Shown here in pieces: positions 55,953 to 64,000 of a stretch of 64,000 nucleotides of DNA. Made by a program: the position numbers and the translations under genes. How positions within the stretch are numbered: the first letter of the stretch is position 1; the number at the start of each line of letters is the position of its first letter. Origin of the DNA: an uncultured virus (IMG/VR IMGVR_UViG_3300047546_000864) (Duplodnaviria > Heunggongvirae > Uroviricota > Caudoviricetes > Kyanoviridae); the IMG/VR virus record IMGVR_UViG_3300047546_000864, positions 1-64,000 of that record. The stretch is one strand, 5' to 3'. The notes beneath the pieces were generated by a model. It made no database searches and was not told where the DNA came from. It saw only the letters and a program-made list of their open reading frames with translations.

Positions 55953-58900
55953 ATGACTTACAAGGCAAAACTTCGTGTGCATTTTGACGCTGAATGGACT
56001 CCTACCTATGGTGGGTCTGGAATTTATGATGATGAAAGTCTTCCAGAAGAGCATTATACTTTTGAGATTTCTACCGAAGACATTAACAGCATTCAATTGT
56101 TCCGTTTCTTTGGAACGATTGCTCGCACAATGGGTCATAGTGAGCAAGGTATTATGAAAGGTGCCTGTGCCCTTGCCTTCAATGATATGCGAAGTCCTGA
56201 AGAAATGCGTAAGGTTGCTGATGAATTTGACCTGACTGTGAATGAGGACTTGGAGAAAAAGTTTCAAGACTGGAAACAGCGTGATGAAGACTGGGCACGA
56301 TTGAAAAAGGGTCCGATGGGAACTGTCCTGACTGATGAGGAAGATGAAGAAACTACCTGATAAAAGAGAACTTGATATTATGTGGGCAGTGGCGACCAGT
56401 ACCAGTATTGAAACTGGTACAAGACCCCACTACGGGTTTGCCCAGATGCTGTATGATGAACTTATGGACATCAAACCTCCTGTGAATCTTGGAGAACTAA
56501 AATGAACTACCTTTGTTTTGTTGATGGTCTGCTAGAATTTGCTAGTTCAGACCCTTCTTCTTTCGCACACTACCAGTTAGTGTATGCCGAAGAGCACAAG
56601 AATGCTGATGTTCAGTATCTTACTCTCACTGACGAAGAGTATGATGAAATGTTTCCTTATGAGGAGGATGAAGAGTGAGGTTTCGTGATGTAGAGTTCCG
56701 TTGGAGTGAATTCAACAAAAAGTATGAACTCGTAAAGTGGTATAAGGACAGCAACGACAAAGAGTTATGTTATGTTGTTGCTTTCTTTGATGAAACCAAA
56801 GAAGGTTATGATATGAGAACTGTTGGTGATAGATTCTTTGAGGATAAAGATGCTTGGTTTGTTGGAAAACACGCACTTGCATTTTTGAATGATATGTTTT
56901 ATGAACTCCAAAGAGAAGAGGAACTGAAATGACTTACCAACTCAATCCAGAAGCAAAAGCATTCTCATACACTCGTGAGGAACTCTTTGAGTGTATCACT
57001 AAAATTGTAGCACATCCCCATAAGACCATCACAGAACACGACCAATCCCGTGCCCTTGCTATTATGGTAGTATTTGATGATTACTTCACCAATTACACAG
57101 AAAGTGATAATAATGGTGGGTATTGTGTGTATGAACGGGATGCTACTGACCTCACTGATTTCGTAAGGTTCAAACTTGGTATTGATGATTATGATGGTGT
57201 TGATGTTGATGAGGTATTGAAATGAAACTTACAGCACACGAACTCGCAGTTATTATTGATACACTCAACCATTCTCTAACAGTATCAAACTGGAATGGAT
57301 ACTATACTGCTAAATCAAGGGAGAATGTAAGGAATGTGATTGCTGGGATTATGGGTAGTATGAGTGTAGAGGTCATCATAGACAAACCAAACTTCACTAT
57401 TGATGCCGACGCAGGTATTTGAAATGACTAAAAACTACCGCATCAAAAAAGTAACAGACGGACACTCAACCAGATACTATCCACAACACAAAAGATTTGG
57501 ATTGTTTTGGTATAATCTATTTGTAGACGAATATAGGGATGGTGATTATTCTACATTTGAAGAAGCACAGTGGCACCTTTGTAACTATTTGAGGAAACCT
57601 GTGATTGAGTATTTGTCCTTTGATTGTGATTATGGAGAATCCCAGTGACTGATCTAAAGCTCTGTAAAGATTGTAAGTGGTATAAGAAAGATTGGTTTGA
57701 ACATCTTACTGGTGGTGGAGACCGATTTGACTTATGCTTCAATCCAGTATTGAGTGAAAATCTGGTGACTGGAAAAGTCAAAGGTGGTCGTTTTTGTGAT
57801 TTGATGAGACGAACTTATGGTAAATGTAGTGAAGAAGGTAAGTATTGGGAGGCACGGAAATAATGAAAGTATATGATTACCGAATTGTAGAAGACCTCAA
57901 TTTAAAAACTTTGAAACCTTATTTTTTTATTCAAAGATATAGTATTAAAGACCAAAAGTATTTTCTTTATTCAGATGCTATATTCCAAACACTTGAAGAA
58001 GCACAAGATGCAATACGACTACTGAGAAAATACAAAGAACCTTTATATCATTATGTGGAGTGATTGAAAATGATTGAAGTTGAAAAGCAGTATAAACTCA
58101 CACTCACAGAAGACCAAGCACGACAACTTTATGATCTTCTAAAATTAGAAAAAGATCGTGGTCATATGACTACTGACCACGACATTATATTGGTGTATAA
58201 TGAACTGAGAAAACTCTTTGATACTGGAATACGATGATTGAACCACAAGGAACACTAAAAATAGGGACATCGGGGTATAAACTCAATCCAGAGAAACTCA
58301 AAGGAGCATCTCAAAGTATTCTTCCTTATTTGCTTGGGTTTATTTACTTCAACAAAGATTATGAGCATTTTGATGTAATTAAACCATACTTGGATATTCC
58401 AGAACCTCCTAAAACTCTGGATGAAATCCAACAAGAGTTTGATGAGAAGATTGGTGCTCAGATAGAGAAGTTCAAAATGTGCTCTAAATGGTCAAGAGAA
58501 CATGCCGAGGAGAGATACAACCGAAAGTTTGATAGGATTTTTGAGAAATTTGAATACGCAAAGGAGCACGGACATTTTCCACCTGAACTAAAACTTGCTT
58601 ATACAACAACTGGATTGACTGCTTATACTAGTCCTTATACTGAAACCTCTTTTGTAATCAAACAGGGAAATACTCATAAAGGTTATTATACGATTGGTAA
58701 TCAACGATATTTCAGGTATTATATGCCTGATAAACCTAATCGTTTGGTGAGGTTCTTTATGAAAACTTGTTTGGGCTTTGTGTGGATTGATGAGGCATTA
58801 TGAAAATCTACGCACTTTATTACAAAGACACTTTTGTTGTTGCTTTCCCCAATCGTGAGGATTGTGTGGAATATGGTAAGAAACATTATGATGGATGGGA

Positions 58901-59447
58901 TTGCAACATTCTGGAACGATGGATTTATGAGACCAAACAATACTCATTCTCTCAACCACTTACTCAACCAATCGCAGTTCCTTATACTCCTCCAATTCCT
59001 TTGAAAACTACACCCCATGAACCCAATATTTGGTGTGATGTAAAAGCACCAAAGGAAACTTATAGCAGCAGTCCTTTTGCACCAGGAACAAAATGACTGA
59101 CGAACAACCAACCACCGCAAAAGTATCCGAAGAAGACTTTGAAAAGGTTATGGATGCAGCAGCACGACAAGAACTCGCAAAGAAATCATTTGAAGACCTC
59201 ACCAGAGATGAAAGAATTAAACTTGCTCTGGAAGAAGTTGATTGGATTGTAATTGGTGGACAGGATGGTCAAGAGTTTTATGGTTCTATTCAGTTTATTC
59301 GTAAAGTATTGAAGAGTTTCCGATGAACACTTTAGACATTATCAAGTTTTTTGTTCCATATGCGGATAGAAACGACAAGGGAGAAGTCATTAGTTTGAAT
59401 ATTCCTTGGGGATTTTTTATTCTTGTAATTATTGCTTCTTTAATCTA
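55953..59447 (+). other. Array of small hypothetical ORFs (e.g. 55953-56360, 56675-56932, 56929-57225, 57222-57422, 57645-57863, 58234-58803, 58800-59096, 59093-59326)
   Basis: Densely packed plus-strand ORFs typical of T4-like hypervariable early regions. Confidence 0.6.
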
Positions 59448-59810
59448 ATGATTGATAAACACATAGATTATGTAAAAGTATCACAATACCTCAAAGAATT
59501 TTATGAGTGTGATAGAATACTGATTGATTTTCTTGAACTTGAAGGAAAAATGGTAGTTCATAAACATTCTTTTCTTCCTGGTGGAAAAATAGGAGGAAAA
59601 ACATCTTATGAAAAAGGTGTTGGATTTTTTGCTTTATCAACAGAAGAACTTTATAATATAAGAAAAAATGCTGGAAAACAAGGTTCAAAAATAACTAATT
59701 CTCAAAAATGGATGTGTCTTGAAACTGGGTTTATAACTACATCAGGGGCACTTACACGATACCAACAAAAAAGAAATATAGATACTTCTAAAAGAAAAAG
59801 AATATCATAA
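59448..59810 (+). CDS. Protein resembling the DNA-binding C-terminus of phage homing endonucleases, with no nuclease motif
   Basis: GGKIGGK..GVGFFALS.EE, NSQKWMCLETGFITTSGALTRYQ; AT-rich. Confidence 0.45.
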   Translation: MIDKHIDYVKVSQYLKEFYECDRILIDFLELEGKMVVHKHSFLPGGKIGGKTSYEKGVGFFALSTEELYNIRKNAGKQGSKITNSQKWMCLETGFITTSGALTRYQQKRNIDTSKRKRIS

Positions 59811-59868
59811 AGACACTTTGAGAACTGGAATAAGGGCAGTTGATTTTGGATGCCCTTTCTGATATGAT
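59811..59868 (+). promoter_or_regulatory. Repeated early-promoter cassette, copy 3
   Basis: AGACACTTTGAGAACTG, hairpin AAGGGCA/TGCCCTT containing TTGATT-N17-TATGAT. Confidence 0.7.
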
Positions 59869-59893
59869 ACTTTTATAAATTGAGAAAACTCTA

Positions 59894-61297
59894 ATGTCCC
59901 GAAAATGGACTGAAAACCCAGACGAAATCGTACTCCAAGACATTCAAATGTTTCACCTGGAAAGTATGAATGAACGCACACTTTGGATTGGTGTGTATAC
60001 TGAGGATGATAAAATCTATCACTTGAATATTTCTGCCGATGGTGATAAACTGCGTTACTATTGGAGTGATGAAACGCCGTGAGATTTGATAATCCAACAA
60101 AATGGGAAATCTTCCTTGAGGGTTTCCATAACTTCTGGAATTGTCTGGATTGTTATAATGATGGTGATACTTGGGGATATGATGAGTTCTGGGAAGGTTT
60201 ATCTTTGGGATGGTATATGGAATACATCTATCCTTATGATGACCCTTACAATATCATTATTTCAGATGAACGCAAGTTGAGGATAGGTCAATGAATGATA
60301 AATCTAAAATCTACTATAATGTCTGGTGTTGTGCTTATCAACGCAGAGGGATATATAAAGGAACAGATAGAGAACACAGAGAGCACGAAACTGTGCGTAT
60401 GTGTCTTGATATGAAGGATGTAAAGTTCTATCAATTTGATACTGAAAAACCAAAGCACTTGAAATGATGAAAGTAACCGAGCACAACATTACTGAATGGA
60501 AACTTACTGATGTTGAGATTAGTGAGTTAATTCGTCTTACAAAAGATCAAATGAAAAATGCCGATGATAAGGTAAGTGAACTTTTTTATGGTATGATTGT
60601 GGGAAAATTACTGATTATGAAAAATGAATGATGAACATTATGGGTGGGTCGTGAACAAACACTATGACTGGATTAATATGCTGAACAAAATGAAAGAAGG
60701 AAATCCGCAACGATTTGAAGAGTTTCGGTATTCAGAGCAGACGATTTATCATTACCTAGATAGATTGCAGCACGAGCAGAATCTTTACGACTAATGAAAT
60801 TTGAAGATTGGTTTGAAGAAATGGAAGGGTACTCATTCCGCTCTGAAAGATTCTATGATGACTTTGATTTTGCAGCAAAAACAAATGATTATGGAGCAAT
60901 CATCAAGTGGTTGCAGGCAGCATATCAAGTGGGTTATGAAGATGGGCAAAGAATTTATGGAGGAACGGAATGAACTTTACACCTGAACATTACAAACTCA
61001 TTCACACTGCTGTTCGTCGATATCAGATTGAGAAGGCTATTCTGAATAGTGACGAGTATCAGCAGTGCAATGAGATACTTGACGGACTCTTTGATATCGT
61101 GTATACTCAACGTGTTGAGCAACCTACCTGATGGACTACACTGAAGAATTTCCCTTTGATCAGTTTCCTTGGAAGTTGGTTTACAAAGAAGGAAAAGAAA
61201 CCCGCAAGTGTTATTTTGATAGCGAACACAATCGTCAAAAGCACATTGACCGATACAATCTTAAAAAGAAAGACATTCAACTGAGTTACAAGTATGA
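59894..61297 (+). other. Array of very small hypothetical ORFs (59894-60082, 60079-60294 and several under 60 aa)
   Basis: Contiguous short plus-strand ORFs with overlapping ATGA-type junctions. Confidence 0.5.
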
Positions 61298-62319
61298 CTA
61301 AGAGAGCATTGATTACTGGTGGTGCTGGATTTATTGCACACCATCTGATTGGTCAAATTTTGAAGACAACTGATTGGGAGGTTATTACTCTTGATCGTCT
61401 TGATTACAGTGGAAATTTGAATCGACTTCACGATCTAATGCTCTCATTCGATCCTGAAGTTCGTAAGCGTGTTCGTGTTGTTCATCATGACCTCAAAGCT
61501 GAACTTAATCCTCTTGTCCGTTCTGAAATCGGTCAAGTTGATTACATTCTCCATCTTGCTGCTGGTTCTCACGTTGACCGTAGTATTGAATATCCTATGG
61601 AGTTTGTACTTGATAATGTAGTAGGAACCTGCAACATTCTTGAGTTTGCCCGTACTCAAACTAATCTTGAAAGGTTTGTTTACTTTAGCACTGATGAAGT
61701 ATTCGGTCCTGCTCCTGATGGAATCAAGTATGAGGAGAACGACCGTTATAACTCCACGAATCCTTATAGTGCATCTAAAGCAGGTGGTGAAGAACTTTCT
61801 GTTGCTTATGAGAACACCTACGGTCTTCCAGTATACATTACCCACACGATGAACGTCTTTGGTGAGCGTCAGCATCCAGAGAAGTTTATTCCTATGTGTA
61901 TTCGTAAAATTCGTGACGGTGAAACTGTAACCATTCATAGTGATAGTACCTGTACGATTCCTGGGTCACGCCATTACATTCATGCCGAAGATGTTTCATC
62001 TGCTGTCCTATTTCTGTTGAACTATGAGGGTAAGTTTGAACCTACTTGGGGCAACGCTAAGTGTCCTAAGTTCAACATTGTTGGTTCAGAAGAACTCAAC
62101 AACCTAGAACTTGCTGAGATTATTGCAGAAGCACAAGGTCAAGAACTCAAGTATGAACTTGTGGATTTCCACTCATCCCGCCCTGGACATGACTTGCGTT
62201 ATGCTCTATCTGGTGATAAAATGAAAGAGTTGGGATGGGTCCCCCAAAAGTCAGTTCGTGAGCGTATCGCAGAAGTGACTCAATGGACTCTTTCAAACGA
62301 ACGCTGGATTACTCTATGA
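61294..62319 (+). CDS. rfbB: dTDP-glucose 4,6-dehydratase (NAD-dependent epimerase/dehydratase)
   Basis: LITGGAGFI, LDRLDYSGN, HLAA.SHVDRSI, FSTDEVFG, PYSASKA, Q.PEKFIP, RPGHDLRY. Confidence 0.9.
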   Translation: MTKRALITGGAGFIAHHLIGQILKTTDWEVITLDRLDYSGNLNRLHDLMLSFDPEVRKRVRVVHHDLKAELNPLVRSEIGQVDYILHLAAGSHVDRSIEYPMEFVLDNVVGTCNILEFARTQTNLERFVYFSTDEVFGPAPDGIKYEENDRYNSTNPYSASKAGGEELSVAYENTYGLPVYITHTMNVFGERQHPEKFIPMCIRKIRDGETVTIHSDSTCTIPGSRHYIHAEDVSSAVLFLLNYEGKFEPTWGNAKCPKFNIVGSEELNNLELAEIIAEAQGQELKYELVDFHSSRPGHDLRYALSGDKMKELGWVPQKSVRERIAEVTQWTLSNERWITL

Positions 62320-62424
62320 CTGAACGTACTTTTGTAGATAAGAATGGTAATTCGTGGTTTTGGGAAGAAACTCCAGAAACCATTGAGGCACTGAAACAAC
62401 TTCATAAAACTGTAAAGGAAGTAA

Positions 62425-63413
62425 ATGACAAAAAAGAAACTAATTGACGACTGCTTTTACATTGAACAAAAAAAGTATGGACTCTGGGATTCAACCGACA
62501 AAGATGGTAAGGGACTGGTCACGTCTCTCACTGAAGAGCAATGTATATCAGCAACCCGTTACATTCTTAAAGGACGGCAGGAAGGTTTCCCTGAATCCAA
62601 AATTTATGAGGGTCAAGTAGGAGGTAAATTGTGAGTGATACAGACCCAACAGCACCTTGGTATGAATTCATTTCATATTGTAGGTGCTGTGAAAGTCTTG
62701 GAGTAACACCATCCATTCAACGTTATATGGCTTATCGAAATTATCTTAAATCTGTTGGTATATTATGAGTTGGTTTAGCAAATGGTCTTTTTCTGATGAT
62801 GTTCCAATGGATGATGTCTACAAGAGACTTTATGAGTTGGAAGCAAAAGTAGAAAGACTTGAAGAAGAAAACGTAGAGTTGATTAACGAATTGTATAGGA
62901 TGGAAAATTCTCTGGATTCGCGTATAGATATTCTTGCTGAGCGTTGTAGGATCAATTACGATGTATGATTTAGATGATTTTGAAAAAGCACTTGCACACT
63001 TTGGAACAAGAGTTGATGTTATCATAGCAATGGAGATGGGAGGAAAGTTTGATGCTGAAACTGCTTACAAAAATATTAAAATGGAACTCAAAGAGCTCAA
63101 ACGTCTCCGAAAGTCCATCAAAAAAGACAAGGATATGTGATAAGTGTGGTGTAGAAAAACCACTTAATAAAGACCATTATGAAGTTGTGAAATACTTTCG
63201 TGACGGATTTTCATATTATTGTCATGAATGTTCTAAACCAAAACCAAGAGATTGATGGAAGATACGCTTAAAATAACACAAAATGAAGATGGGTCTTTTT
63301 CTATGGACTGGGATCCAGAAGACCCAAATTGGAAGTGGTTGAATGGCTTGACTTCCAAAGAGATTCAGGTTATAGTAGAGCAAGCAATCAAGGACTTTAC
63401 CGATGGACTTTGA
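62425..63413 (+). other. Small hypothetical ORFs (62425-62634, 62765-62968, ~62961-63140, CxxC..CxxC ORF ending 63255, 63255-63413)
   Basis: Contiguous short plus-strand ORFs. Confidence 0.5.
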
Positions 63414-64000
63414 CTACAAGAAGTATTCTCTTGAACAACTTGATAACTGGATGCACGATGCTTTGTCTTGTGCAGAGGCAACTCCCCAAGAAATCTATGA
63501 TGTAATCAAGGGTGTAGTAGAAGAACAATATGTTTACTTCAAAGAGCAAGCAAATCGTTGTTATCAATTACTTGCTCTTCTGAATGATGATCGTAAGCAT
63601 CGCATTCCTGTATATGATGAATTCAGGGGTTCAACGGTAAGTAGCGTCCAATATACTGAAGAAGAACTGAATGCGATGTGCGACAAGGCAGCATCGGATC
63701 AAGAAAAAGAACAATGCCGCGAGTATAACCTGCGTGAAGCAGAATACTATGATAAGCGAGCAGAACTTGACGCGAAGCACTCTAAACATTATTACGATTA
63801 TACTCGTAATGATTTTAATCGCCTAAATCCTTTCCTCACATATGATGAAGCAGTTGCTGCTGGTTGGGAAATGACTGCCGATGGCTTCTGGATTCCATCT
63901 CAAAAAGAAGATAAAGTAAAGAAATGGGTTCTTCCTGTCGAAGAAGCGAAAGATACTGATACCGATGAAACAGAATATTTTGTTTCTTTCCCCGATGATC
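63403..64000 (+). CDS. Hypothetical protein, 3'-truncated; may end in an AbrB-like domain
   Basis: Open from ATG 63403 (MDFDYKKYSLEQL...) to the window end (...WVLPVEE...EYFVSFPDD). Confidence 0.6.
   Translation, partial: MDFDYKKYSLEQLDNWMHDALSCAEATPQEIYDVIKGVVEEQYVYFKEQANRCYQLLALLNDDRKHRIPVYDEFRGSTVSSVQYTEEELNAMCDKAASDQEKEQCREYNLREAEYYDKRAELDAKHSKHYYDYTRNDFNRLNPFLTYDEAVAAGWEMTADGFWIPSQKEDKVKKWVLPVEEAKDTDTDETEYFVSFPDD

Noticed and set aside
1..64000. Stop-codon reassignment
   Set aside because: Core genes are full length in the standard code, all three stop codons are used as terminators, and no suppressor tRNA was found.

Overview
A 64-kb fragment of a T4-like myophage genome, most likely a cyanophage (inferred from gene content and order: nrdC, thyX, phoH, exonuclease, gp33, gp59, gp32, Mom-like, gp53, gp48, gp2, gp4, gp26, gp51, hub/gp5, tRNAs, and T4-type late promoters TATAAATA). 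Layout: 1-12.6 kb holds tail-fibre/adhesin genes, including three paralogues that together carry nine modules of exactly seven Asp-box blades. 12.7-20.7 kb is a glycosyltransferase/methyltransferase/glf island. 21-29.7 kb is the replication/transcription core. 29.7-43 kb is the baseplate/head-completion module. 43.2-44 kb holds three tRNAs and an antitoxin-like ORF. 44.9-52.3 kb encodes large virion proteins. 52.4-64 kb is an early-type region with a helicase, many small ORFs and a dTDP-glucose dehydratase. Main candidates for new biology: (i) a blade-swapping beta-propeller receptor repertoire with an invariant 7-blade count and nested modules; (ii) homing-endonuclease-type cassettes that replace the ends of target genes and carry antisense RNA switches around late promoters; (iii) a likely -1 frameshift joining gp26 to gp51; (iv) an atypical long-arm tRNA(UAU); (v) a stand-alone ~100-nt sRNA. 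All functional calls come from motif recognition by eye; no database searches were run.
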